Below are positions 1 to 8,485 of a stretch of 64,000 bases of DNA, in pieces (within the stretch, counting starts at the first letter, position 1; every line of letters begins with the position of its first letter). This stretch comes from an uncultured Gammaproteobacteria bacterium. Lineage in GTDB: Bacteria; Patescibacteriota; Patescibacteriia; UBA9934; CAZDDW01. Location: NCBI GenBank assembly GCA_965231015.1, contig OZ246408.1, positions 857,908-921,907 of the forward strand, given 5' to 3'. The position numbers and the translations under genes are program-made. Under the pieces are notes generated by a model, which did no database searches, was not told the origin of the DNA, and was given only the letters and a program-made list of their open reading frames with translations.

Positions 1-644
1 TTATTGAATGGGAGAAAGAACGTTTTTAGCCCCTTCAACTCCGTTGTCATGTATATCAAATCCGTGTCTACAGCAAAATGAGCCAAGCATCGTTTGAACC
101 GTAGCAAGGGCTCTTTTGGATCTCGGTCAACTCGATATTGTTGCACGGCATTTTTAACGGTCTGACCGGTTAATTGATTTTTGAGTTCAACTGTAAAAAT
201 TGGCAGACCATTCAAAAACAAAACAATGTCAATAGAATTCTCATTCTGATCACTATAATGAACCTGACGCATAACACTAAAGATGTTTGCGTCATACAGT
301 CGCTGGCTTTCCGGATTCATACCGGAGTTTGGCTTGAAGTAGGCCAAGTCAATTTTTTGTCCATGATCGGAAAATCCGTTCCGCAACACATCCAAGGTTC
401 CACGTTCTCGAATCTCTTTATCTAAACGATTGAAAACTTTATCATTGATCTGGTCCCCGTGGATTTCCAGGAGGCGTCCATATTTTTCTGATTGTGTATT
501 TTCAATGAATTCTAAAACCAGTTCCGGATCCATACAGACATTCTTCATGTATGCACTCGCCGGCCGAGTTTGATACCCATTTTCCTCCGTGAGGAACTCC
601 TCAATAAATTCCTCAAACCCAATTTCTTTGATATTAGTAGTCAT
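1..644 (-). CDS. hsdR: Type I restriction enzyme R subunit (HsdR), N-terminal ~214 aa only; ORF runs open off the window start
   Basis: ATG at 644 (rc), reading frame open to position 1 with no stop; PD-(D/E)xK-like segment IDIVLFLNGLPIFTVELKN and HsdR-typical TFFLPFN motif; start overlaps stop of upstream ORF (ATGA-type coupling). Confidence 0.65.
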   Translation of the reverse strand, partial: MTTNIKEIGFEEFIEEFLTEENGYQTRPASAYMKNVCMDPELVLEFIENTQSEKYGRLLEIHGDQINDKVFNRLDKEIRERGTLDVLRNGFSDHGQKIDLAYFKPNSGMNPESQRLYDANIFSVMRQVHYSDQNENSIDIVLFLNGLPIFTVELKNQLTGQTVKNAVQQYRVDRDPKEPLLRFKRCLAHFAVDTDLIYMTTELKGLKTFFLPFN

Positions 645-646
645 AA

Positions 647-1363
647 TTATTTCTCATCCATCCAAGTAAAGTCTTGGTTTTGACATCTGATAGCTTTTTC
701 TGGACAATGAGCAGTTAATACTTCTAAGGATTGTTCTTCAAGTTTTTGTAGTTCACGATATTGTTTGTATTTACCTTCACCAATTCTAGTGTCTCCCACT
801 AACTCCTTTGGCATAATCGACAAATCGATCCATTTTGTCATAAGACTCAGAGCGATTAAGTCATAACGCAGTTGAGCTAATCGCTTCTTTAAAAATCGCT
901 CTTGTACTTCTTGGTTGTTGTGTTGCAAACCAAATTTATCATATTTTTCAATTTGTTCAATATCTAGCACAATTGTACTGATTTGGCTTTGCTCTTCAAT
1001 GGTATAAAATAAATCTAAATATTGACCACTTGCTAGAATGCGCTTTAAGTTTGGTGCGTTGTAAATTTTGCTTAGATATTTTGGAAAAGGTTTGAAGCCC
1101 TTTGTCGCTTCTTTGAGATCTGACATTACTTGTCCTAGATTAACAATATCTTCAAGGCTTGCAAAATATAGAGTTCTGATTTCAACTTTGATCACTTCTT
1201 TTAATCTGTGCCATTGTATCCGTTTTCGATTCCAGCTAATCCAATAAGTAACAACTGAGATAAATGCTGTGGCTGCAGCAATCCCAAAAGAAGCAATAGT
1301 CGCCCATTGTGTTACTAATTGAATTGTATCAACGGTTTCTTGGGCCATATTATTCCACAACAA
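647..1363 (-). CDS. hypothetical membrane-anchored protein (238 aa) embedded between hsdS and hsdR
   Basis: ORF with one predicted N-terminal TM helix (WATIASFGIAAATAFISVVTYWISW) then ~190-aa soluble domain; start overlaps hsdS 3' end by 14 nt, stop abuts hsdR start; no recognisable family. Confidence 0.55.
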   Translation of the reverse strand: MLWNNMAQETVDTIQLVTQWATIASFGIAAATAFISVVTYWISWNRKRIQWHRLKEVIKVEIRTLYFASLEDIVNLGQVMSDLKEATKGFKPFPKYLSKIYNAPNLKRILASGQYLDLFYTIEEQSQISTIVLDIEQIEKYDKFGLQHNNQEVQERFLKKRLAQLRYDLIALSLMTKWIDLSIMPKELVGDTRIGEGKYKQYRELQKLEEQSLEVLTAHCPEKAIRCQNQDFTWMDEK

Positions 1364-2708
1364 TCTTCCCAGTCACCGCGTGCGAAATCAGCGACGAGCG
1401 GTATTCTTGAATTAACCTGATCGACTTTTGGATTTTTTTGATAGCTCTATCAATCTCCAATGTTTTCTTATCTAAAAAATATGCAATGTTTTTTTGAATA
1501 GACGTACTGGGTACAGGTATTGATTCCGTAAAATATGATTTGACATCTAGATTCTGAATACCAGTTGTCTGCTTTATGAACTTTTTATTGACTCCTTTAA
1601 CGTACATAGCTCTATTGAGATATGTAAAGTACTTTGAGTCGACAGAATCATTTAATCGTATAGTTTCAATGAAATTTGAATTTACTGCGGTGTTGTTCAA
1701 ATCAAACTGGACAATTCTGCCAACTGGTGTCTTTTCTCCACCTCCAGACTTCTCAAGTAATAGATCACCAAGCTGCAGTTTTTTTGAGCTAAGATGATTC
1801 CTCGCTACATCTCGGAAAGTGTAACCCTCAGGCTTTAATCTAAGATTTGTATAAACAAAGTCAGCAACTCGGACACATAATGTTCCAGTTTCTTCAGTCG
1901 CTTCACCATCACCCCATGTTCCACCAAAGTGAGTGCTAATGAAATCCTTTTGCCTTTGGACATCCCACCCCTCTGGCATCTCGCCAATCCATTCAACACC
2001 CGAATCTTTCATCTTCACATTCGGATCCAGGCCTTTTGTAACAGCTTGCGTAATCAAAGCCGCGCGTTTTTCTTTCAGAAGCTCGATCTGCTTCTTTTTC
2101 TTTTTCTCCACCTCATCAATCACGGCCGTTTTTTCATCAAGAAAATCTGCAATGCGTTTTTGTTGATCTGCTGATGGAAGCAGAACGCCGAGTCGTTCAA
2201 AATCATGTCGTTTTACTTGAAGTGAATTTGGTCGAACCCCATAAAGTAGGCTGGTATATTTTTGAACATACTCATATGAACGTAATAAATAGTGAGCGAA
2301 ACGACTCTCGATCTTATTACTTAAATAGTAACTCTGATAGGCCGGGCTAACGTATCCGTCAAGGGCTGAAACTCCTAGTCCTTTAAAGTTCAACCACATA
2401 GTATTAACGACAAGTTGACCCTTATGAACAATGCGATAGTTACTATTATCTTCTGAGACTAATTGACCGTCATTTGTTGTCACATTCCTGGGCTCAACTC
2501 CTCGATACCCTGATACAGATAACGCAAGCTCAAAATCAGGGTGATCTTTAACGCGTTCATCACTTGCCCACATGACAAATTTTAATGGTTTAAAAATCCA
2601 GTCATTTGGAATATGCACAATCCATTCAACACCTGAATTTTTCATCTCCTTTTTGTCTCGTAATGTGTATTTCATATTTATTGCCACAAATTTACAAACC
2701 AATTCCAA
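1350..2708 (-). CDS. hsdS: Type I restriction-modification specificity subunit HsdS (two target-recognition domains)
   Basis: Duplicated TRD lead-in motifs GVEWIVHIPNDW / GVEWIGEMPEGW, conserved central and C-terminal coiled-coil repeats (LDEKTAVIDEVEKKKKKQIELLKEKRAALITQAVTGKL / YFLDKKTLEIDRAIKKIQKSIRLIQEYRSSLISHAVTGKI); alternative internal starts at 2675/2645 possible. Confidence 0.85.
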   Translation of the reverse strand: MELVCKFVAINMKYTLRDKKEMKNSGVEWIVHIPNDWIFKPLKFVMWASDERVKDHPDFELALSVSGYRGVEPRNVTTNDGQLVSEDNSNYRIVHKGQLVVNTMWLNFKGLGVSALDGYVSPAYQSYYLSNKIESRFAHYLLRSYEYVQKYTSLLYGVRPNSLQVKRHDFERLGVLLPSADQQKRIADFLDEKTAVIDEVEKKKKKQIELLKEKRAALITQAVTKGLDPNVKMKDSGVEWIGEMPEGWDVQRQKDFISTHFGGTWGDGEATEETGTLCVRVADFVYTNLRLKPEGYTFRDVARNHLSSKKLQLGDLLLEKSGGGEKTPVGRIVQFDLNNTAVNSNFIETIRLNDSVDSKYFTYLNRAMYVKGVNKKFIKQTTGIQNLDVKSYFTESIPVPSTSIQKNIAYFLDKKTLEIDRAIKKIQKSIRLIQEYRSSLISHAVTGKIVVE

Positions 2709-3070
2709 TCAAGACCGAAAAACGCCAGTAAACCAATGAGCAGGGCCAGGATAGCTAGAGCTGCTTGGAAATCATTTTTAACCCAACGCCAAAGACGATA
2801 TTTAATTTTGAGCTCACTTCTACCTGCATTTGTTATTCCAACGTAAATCCCTGGAATTCCGCCACCGCTTCTACCGTTCTGTTTAATTATGAAATTTTGT
2901 GACTCCAATGTATCACAGGCATGAGCGACACGGGATTTGAAATAGTCAACATGTTTTCTTACATCTTCTTTATACCCTCTATCAAGCAAGGCTTTTTTTA
3001 GATTAGAAACAGTAATCTTCATATCATCTCGTACTAACACCTTTAGAATGTCCTTGTGTAATTTTTCCAT
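2678..3070 (-). CDS. small protein (130 aa): N-terminal winged-helix-like region, C-terminal TM helix; embedded between hsdM and hsdS
   Basis: ORF begins 2 nt after hsdM stop and overlaps hsdS start by ~31 nt; C-terminal hydrophobic stretch AALAILALLIGLLAFFGL; no family recognised. Confidence 0.45.
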   Translation of the reverse strand: MEKLHKDILKVLVRDDMKITVSNLKKALLDRGYKEDVRKHVDYFKSRVAHACDTLESQNFIIKQNGRSGGGIPGIYVGITNAGRSELKIKYRLWRWVKNDFQAALAILALLIGLLAFFGLDWNWFVNLWQ

Positions 3071-3072
3071 AC

Positions 3073-5112
3073 CTACATCTGATCAATCAATGACTTAAGT
3101 TCTGATTCGACCTGCTCGATATCTTTCTGAATTTCATCCAGTGATCGTGGGGCTTCATACTTGTAGAAGAATCGTGTTACCGGGATTTCGTAGCCAACTT
3201 TTCCGACTTTATTATCCTTGTGATCCTTTTTACTTTCATCAATCCATGCATCAGCAACATAAGGTTTTACTTCTTCTTCAAAATAGTCGTTAACATCTTG
3301 ATTCAGTGGAACATTTTCCGTATCGCGTAAACTCGAATCAGCTTGCTGCTTGTCTTGGCTATCCAAAAAGACATCCGCTGTTTCATCATGCTCGGAAAGA
3401 GCATTAACGATTGCCTTTTTAAGCGGAGCGGGTAATTTGAGATCGTTATTTTTCCATATACCCTCAAGCAATTTTATGTATTCATTTCCATTCTTAAATA
3501 ACTCAGTGGACATCTCGCTAAGTGCTGAAATGATGCTGTCTTGAAGCTTAATTCCGGCTTCAATTTCTTCATTGCCTTTATCGCCTTTTTTCTTCGAAGT
3601 AGCCAGCTTTTGAAAAACCTGCTCCTCTTTTAGCGCTTCAACACGTTCTGGAGTTACCTGAAAATTGAGCCTTAGTGGGCGTTCGATTGTAATCTGACGG
3701 TATCCAAAACCTTCGTTGTTGAAGATTTTTGAGTATTCATTCTCTTCAAACTTTGAATATAGCTCAACAATCTTTTTTCTGTCTTCTTCGGTGATTTCAT
3801 TGCGTTTGTTGCCAAGACTTTTGCGCATCTTTTCAGACATGCCTCGAGCGTCAATGATTTGCACCTTGCCTTTGCGCTCGTCAGGCTTTCGGTTTGTTAT
3901 AAACCAGAGATAGGTTGGAATACCTGTATTGAAGAAAAGTTGATCTGGCAAGGCAATGATAGTCTCTAGCCAATCGTTCTCTAGAATCCAGCGTCGGATT
4001 TCACTTTCTCCGCTACCCGCATCTCCAGTGAAGAGTGGTGACCCGTTGAAGACAATGCCCAGACGCGATCCGCCTTCGTGCTCGGGTCGCATTTTTGAAA
4101 TGAGGTGTTGTAGGAATAACAACTGACCATCAGAAACCCGCGGTGTACCAGCTCCAAAACGACCGGCGTATCCACGTTCTTCTTCACGCTCGATTACTTG
4201 CTTGTCTTTTTTCCAATCTATACCAAACGGAGGGTTGGTGAGCATGTAGTCAAAGTCTTTACTGAAAAACTGATCATTAGAGAGGGTGGAGGCGATGGAA
4301 TGATCCTTTTCTCCGCCTTTGATATTATTCGGATCTTCACCCTTAATCAGCATATCCGCCTTACACATGGCATAGGTAACCGGGTTCAATTCTTGACCGT
4401 AAAGATAAATGTCAGCGTTACTTTTGATATCTTTCTTAATATGATCTTTGGCAACCGAGAGCATTCCACCAGTACCACAGGCACAGTCGTAAATGGTTTT
4501 AATCAGATGTTCTTTTTGAAGTTTTTTTTGGTCAGGGGCGAAGAGGACTTCAACCATGACTTTAATAACATCTCGTGGAGTGTAATGTTCTCCCGCGGTT
4601 TCGTTAGATTGTTCGGCAAACTTTCGAATAAGCTCTTCGAAGATTGAACCCATCTCATGATTGTCCACTCGGTCCGGGTGAAGATCAACCTTGTTGATGA
4701 TTTTGATAATTTCGTAAAGCAGATTACCACCTTCTAGGCGATCTAGCTGGCGGTCAAAGTCAAACTTCTCAATGATGTCAGTGATGTTTTCGCTAAACTT
4801 GCTCAGATAATCACGAAAGTTTTGTGCAATACCCGATGGATCCTCAAGTAAATTATTAAAATCATATTCTGAGATATTATAAAATCCAACTCCACTGGTT
4901 GCTTTCAGGATTGGGTCAAGATCATTAATTTCTCCACTGAGCTCGTTGTATTGCTCAAGTACAGCCTTCTTGGTTGGTGCAAGCAACAAATCCAAACGTC
5001 GAATCACGACCAAAGGGAGAATTACATCTTGGTACTCGTGCTGCTTCCAGCCACCTCGAAGAATGTCAGCGATATTCCAAATTAATTGTGCTTTTTCTTT
5101 GAAGTTGTTCAT
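3073..5112 (-). CDS. hsdM: Type I R-M N6-adenine DNA methyltransferase subunit HsdM (679 aa, with C-terminal extension)
   Basis: SAM-binding motif I DCACGTGGML and catalytic motif IV NPPFG; HsdM-N-like N-terminus; followed by hsdS and hsdR. Confidence 0.9.
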   Translation of the reverse strand: MNNFKEKAQLIWNIADILRGGWKQHEYQDVILPLVVIRRLDLLLAPTKKAVLEQYNELSGEINDLDPILKATSGVGFYNISEYDFNNLLEDPSGIAQNFRDYLSKFSENITDIIEKFDFDRQLDRLEGGNLLYEIIKIINKVDLHPDRVDNHEMGSIFEELIRKFAEQSNETAGEHYTPRDVIKVMVEVLFAPDQKKLQKEHLIKTIYDCACGTGGMLSVAKDHIKKDIKSNADIYLYGQELNPVTYAMCKADMLIKGEDPNNIKGGEKDHSIASTLSNDQFFSKDFDYMLTNPPFGIDWKKDKQVIEREEERGYAGRFGAGTPRVSDGQLLFLQHLISKMRPEHEGGSRLGIVFNGSPLFTGDAGSGESEIRRWILENDWLETIIALPDQLFFNTGIPTYLWFITNRKPDERKGKVQIIDARGMSEKMRKSLGNKRNEITEEDRKKIVELYSKFEENEYSKIFNNEGFGYRQITIERPLRLNFQVTPERVEALKEEQVFQKLATSKKKGDKGNEEIEAGIKLQDSIISALSEMSTELFKNGNEYIKLLEGIWKNNDLKLPAPLKKAIVNALSEHDETADVFLDSQDKQQADSSLRDTENVPLNQDVNDYFEEEVKPYVADAWIDESKKDHKDNKVGKVGYEIPVTRFFYKYEAPRSLDEIQKDIEQVESELKSLIDQM

Positions 5113-5963
5113 ATAAGTGGTTTGAATAGTTGTGTGTACTCATGGAGATGAAAAACTCTATGTCTATCTTTTCCGGTCACCTCTTTGAGAACGTTAAGTT
5201 TTACAAGCTCCTTAAACAATTCATTGATCGTCTGGTAAGTACTTTTCTCTTGATAGCTATTCTGAAGTTCCTTGATGGTAAACTGCGGCTTTTCCATCAT
5301 ACATGGTAACAGACCCTGAAAAAGATCTTTGCGTTGTTTGGCAAAGCCATTCGTCCGCTCCTTATATTTTCCATCTAGTGTCCTGATGTTGTGAAGTAGA
5401 CTGATGATTAATTCTGTCTGTTCCGCAACTTGTTGATTTGGGTCATGGGTGTTGTTCTGCATCCGTGAAAATATAAGAATGGGGGCCAAGAGAACACTTC
5501 GTTCGACAAGATACATGTTGGCAATCAAATCTGCCACTAGTTCATTGCCTTTATGAAATGGCGATATTTGTAAAAAATTCTGATATAACTGGATAGCGCT
5601 TTCGAAAATATTATCTTTCGAGTTGTGCTTGACTAACAACCTTTGCAGTGCCTTCTGTTTATCTTGGGAACGCCATTCACCCGGCTGGTAATTATATGTC
5701 TCTTTTTGCGAAAAGATCTGACGATGCAGTGAAGCGATGGCGTCTAAAAAATCTTCTCTGACCTTCGTCGGTTTAATAAAGGCAGTGATAAACCGCGATT
5801 CAGTCACTGGTAGCTGACCATGATTCTCATCAATTATTTGCTGTGTAAAAGCTAATTTAGCCAAAGAATAGCGCATTAATAGCGCAAATTGCGATGATTC
5901 TATCCATCCATTGATCTTCCCGATGTTGAGAAGTGCTAATTTTTCTGGCGCAATATGTTGCAT
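5109..5963 (-). CDS. Fic/Doc-family-like protein with degenerate active-site motif and C-terminal wHTH-like domain; first gene of the R-M operon
   Basis: Segment ISPFHKGNELVADLIANMYL aligns to the Fic HPFx[DE]GNGRxxR motif but with H->S, D->K, G->E, R->L substitutions; stop overlaps hsdM start (5109-5112). Confidence 0.45.
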   Translation of the reverse strand: MQHIAPEKLALLNIGKINGWIESSQFALLMRYSLAKLAFTQQIIDENHGQLPVTESRFITAFIKPTKVREDFLDAIASLHRQIFSQKETYNYQPGEWRSQDKQKALQRLLVKHNSKDNIFESAIQLYQNFLQISPFHKGNELVADLIANMYLVERSVLLAPILIFSRMQNNTHDPNQQVAEQTELIISLLHNIRTLDGKYKERTNGFAKQRKDLFQGLLPCMMEKPQFTIKELQNSYQEKSTYQTINELFKELVKLNVLKEVTGKDRHRVFHLHEYTQLFKPLI

Positions 5964-5977
5964 ATCTTATTCAGAGT

Positions 5978-6006
5978 TTGACAAAGATTACTGATTGTGA
6001 TAATAC
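5978..6006 (+). promoter_or_regulatory. sigma70-like promoter for the divergent DUF2130-like gene (TTGACA-N17-TAATAC), sharing its -10 hexamer region with the minus-strand promoter
   Basis: TTGACA at 5978-5983, 17-nt spacer, TAATAC at 6001-6006; overlaps the minus-strand -10 at 6000-6005. Confidence 0.45.
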
Positions 6007-6029
6007 CAAAAGGCTAATTAATTGTCAAG
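6000..6029 (-). promoter_or_regulatory. sigma70-like promoter for the Fic-hsdM-hsdS-hsdR operon (TTGACA-N17-TATTAT on minus strand)
   Basis: rc of 6024-6029 = TTGACA, 17-nt spacer, rc of 6000-6005 = TATTAT; ~28 nt upstream of Fic-like ATG at 5963. Confidence 0.5.
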
Positions 6030-6045
6030 TAAATACTCAAATAAT

Positions 6046-7263
6046 ATGACCGAACAAACTATAATTTGCCCTGAGTGTAGCGCAGAAATCCCCTTAAATA
6101 AAGCGCTTACAGGAAAAATTCATGCTGAGCTTCGCAAGGAAATGAACGCAGAGCTTCAGGACAAGAGGACTGAGCTTGCCCAAAAAGAAACACAATTTGC
6201 TAAACAGCAGGAGGATTTGCAAAAAACAATTGATGCCCGTGTAGCAAAGGAGCGAGCGGAAATTGCCAAGCAAGCGAAAGATGAGGCTACAAAAGTGCTT
6301 GATCTTCAACTCAAGGATCTCCAAAAAGCCAATGAAGAAAAGGGACAGGAGTTGAAAGCTATGAAGGAGGCCGAGTTAGAGCTTCGTAGGCAAAAACGTG
6401 AAATTGAAGCGCGAGAAAAAAACCTCCAGCTCGAGTTTGAACGCAAAATGGATACTGAACGAGAAAAAATTGCTGAAGATGTGAGAAAAGCTGCTGCAGA
6501 AGAGAGTCGGCTTAAGGTTGCAGAAAAGGACAAACAGATTGCCCAAATGAACAAAACGATTGTGGATCTAAAACGAAAAGGTGAACAAGGCTCCATGCAA
6601 ATCCAAGGTGACGTGCAAGAAGATGGCCTGAAGATTCAGCTGCAGAATATTTTCCCTATTGATACCATCGAGGATGTCCCGACTGGAATTAAAGGAGCTG
6701 ACTTGGTGCATCGCATACGAACCGACCTTGGTCAAGAAGCTGGTACGATTCTCTGGGAATCAAAAAATACTAGGGCATGGAATGGTGGCTGGGTGAAAAA
6801 ACTCAAGGATGACCAGGCGTCTGTTAAGGCTGATGCATGTATCTTAGTTTCTCAAGCATTACCTGATGGGATCGATGATTTTGGATATGTCGACGGAGTA
6901 TGGGTGTGCAAATATCGCTCAGCTGCGTCTTTGGCGTCTGTGCTACGCCACAGCGTTGTTGAAATCTCACAAGTTAAGCAGTCGTTAGTGGGTAAGGATC
7001 AAAAAATGGAGCTTCTTTATAACTATTTATCCGGAAGCGAATTCCGAAACCGTGTAGAAAACATCGTTTCTGCATTCACAGGCATGCAGTCGGATCTTGA
7101 AACCGAAAAGCGTTCCATACAGCGCACATGGAAGAAGCGTGAAAAAGAAATTGAACGTGTAATCACTAATACGTCTGGGATGTATGGAGACCTTCAAGGT
7201 CTCATTGGTGCTTCGCTTAAAACAATCCGGTCTCTCGAACTATCAAGTGGGGATGAAGATTAA
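6046..7263 (+). CDS. coiled-coil protein with N-terminal CxxC and C-terminal PD-(D/E)xK-like domain (DUF2130-like)
   Basis: ORF track start is TTG at 6022; first ATG at 6046 (MTEQTIICPECSAEIPL); ~180-aa K/E/Q-rich coiled coil; C-terminal GADLVHRI...ILWESKNT resembles D...ExK nuclease motif. Confidence 0.5.
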   Translation: MTEQTIICPECSAEIPLNKALTGKIHAELRKEMNAELQDKRTELAQKETQFAKQQEDLQKTIDARVAKERAEIAKQAKDEATKVLDLQLKDLQKANEEKGQELKAMKEAELELRRQKREIEAREKNLQLEFERKMDTEREKIAEDVRKAAAEESRLKVAEKDKQIAQMNKTIVDLKRKGEQGSMQIQGDVQEDGLKIQLQNIFPIDTIEDVPTGIKGADLVHRIRTDLGQEAGTILWESKNTRAWNGGWVKKLKDDQASVKADACILVSQALPDGIDDFGYVDGVWVCKYRSAASLASVLRHSVVEISQVKQSLVGKDQKMELLYNYLSGSEFRNRVENIVSAFTGMQSDLETEKRSIQRTWKKREKEIERVITNTSGMYGDLQGLIGASLKTIRSLELSSGDED

Positions 7264-7358
7264 GGAAACCCGAGATGGTTTAGGTGAGAAAATTTTCCTA
7301 TTCGATAGAATAATAATATAACTGTTAGTATTGGGTGAATGTGCCATAATGCCCGCGT

Positions 7359-7862
7359 ATGATGGAGCAAGCTGAACAACTGGTGCGCGAGCGGATTACG
7401 GGCACGCGCAAAGGCATGGACAAGCCGGCCTGCACGCATTCGTTCAATGTGCGGGATATTCTGGCGAGGCACGGGTTTTCCGGTGAGGTGCAACTGGCCG
7501 GGCTGTTGCACGATGTGATCGAGGACGGGGGCGTGAGTTTGGACGAGCTAACAGCGCTCGGGTTTGGCGATCGGGTGGTAGAGCTCGTTAATCTGGCTTC
7601 GCACGACCTCGCGGTCGAAGGCTCGTACGAGCGCTGGGTCAAAATGATCGCGCGGCTGATTGACGCGACTGACGCCGAGGCTTGGGCCATCAAGCTCGCT
7701 GACATCCGCGACAACCTGCGCGACAGCCATGCTATGCCGAACAAAGAACAACAACTCTTGCTCCGCGAAGTCAAGGTCCGGCTAATGCTGGAGCTAACTA
7801 AAAATTTCAATGACCTGTCCGGTCTGCGCCAAGAACTGGCAAACGAGCTTAAGGCAATCTAG
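7359..7862 (+). CDS. small HD-domain hydrolase of RelA/SpoT type (small alarmone hydrolase-like)
   Basis: HSFNV...LAGLLHDVIEDGGVSLDELTALGFGDRVVELVNLASHD matches the SpoT/RelA HD hydrolase core (H...LLHDvIED...FG..V..LV). Confidence 0.55.
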   Translation: MMEQAEQLVRERITGTRKGMDKPACTHSFNVRDILARHGFSGEVQLAGLLHDVIEDGGVSLDELTALGFGDRVVELVNLASHDLAVEGSYERWVKMIARLIDATDAEAWAIKLADIRDNLRDSHAMPNKEQQLLLREVKVRLMLELTKNFNDLSGLRQELANELKAI

Positions 7863-7896
7863 TTTTTACTATTCGTTCGAATTAGAGCAAAAACAA

Positions 7897-7916
7897 AGAA
7901 GCCCCGAAAGGCTTCT
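7897..7916. terminator. 7-bp hairpin (AGAAGCC-CCGAAA-GGCTTCT) between convergent genes
   Basis: Perfect inverted repeat; no clear U-tract. Confidence 0.3.
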
Positions 7917-7936
7917 GAAGTGAGGATAAAGAGTGG

Positions 7937-8287
7937 TCAAGGATCAGTAGGACAAAGTGCGAGATTGCGATTCTGGAGCTCACCACTCTGTTCGGCTTTG
8001 AAGGTGGCAGTGTAGGTGCCGTCGGCATTGGGAGTAAGTTCGGTCAGGAAGTGGCGCTTGTAGGCCTCAGGGTGTCCGACCGCCAGCTCCTTGGTGAAGC
8101 GGGTGTTGTTCATGAACATGCGCACGTTTTCGATGCACTTCACATGTTCGGTGTCGATCACGCACTCGGCCCATTCGAGCCGGTTCTGGCTTTGGCAGTG
8201 CAGGACCGGAAGTCCGATCATGATGCCGATAATCAGTAGCCCGCCGACCAGGCTGACCCAGATATTTTCTTGCTCGCGCTTTTCCAT
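7937..8287 (-). CDS. small membrane-anchored protein (start taken at MEKREQ..., N-terminal TM helix)
   Basis: ORF in GC-rich island; hydrophobic IWVSLVGGLLIIGIMIGLPVL; longer ORF-track start at 8365 less likely. Confidence 0.4.
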   Translation of the reverse strand: MEKREQENIWVSLVGGLLIIGIMIGLPVLHCQSQNRLEWAECVIDTEHVKCIENVRMFMNNTRFTKELAVGHPEAYKRHFLTELTPNADGTYTATFKAEQSGELQNRNLALCPTDP

Positions 8288-8485
8288 GACTACTCCTTCG
8301 AAAGATCGTGCCTCAAACCTAGCAGAAAAATGAACACTGGTCAAGCCCATAAATTGACAAACCAAGCTTAAATGCTATAGTTATTTTTGAGAGGAGAAAA
8401 CAGCGCTTCGCGGTGCCTTACACATACTGATCGCAGTGGTCATATTACTTCATTTCCTTCAAAATCGACGACTGGTTGGACTAAC

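Noticed and set aside
174-425. 83-aa plus-strand ORF
   Set aside because: Antisense to the hsdR N-terminal coding region
7325-7810. 161-aa minus-strand ORF
   Set aside because: Antisense to the HD-hydrolase gene in GC-rich DNA; S/R-rich composition
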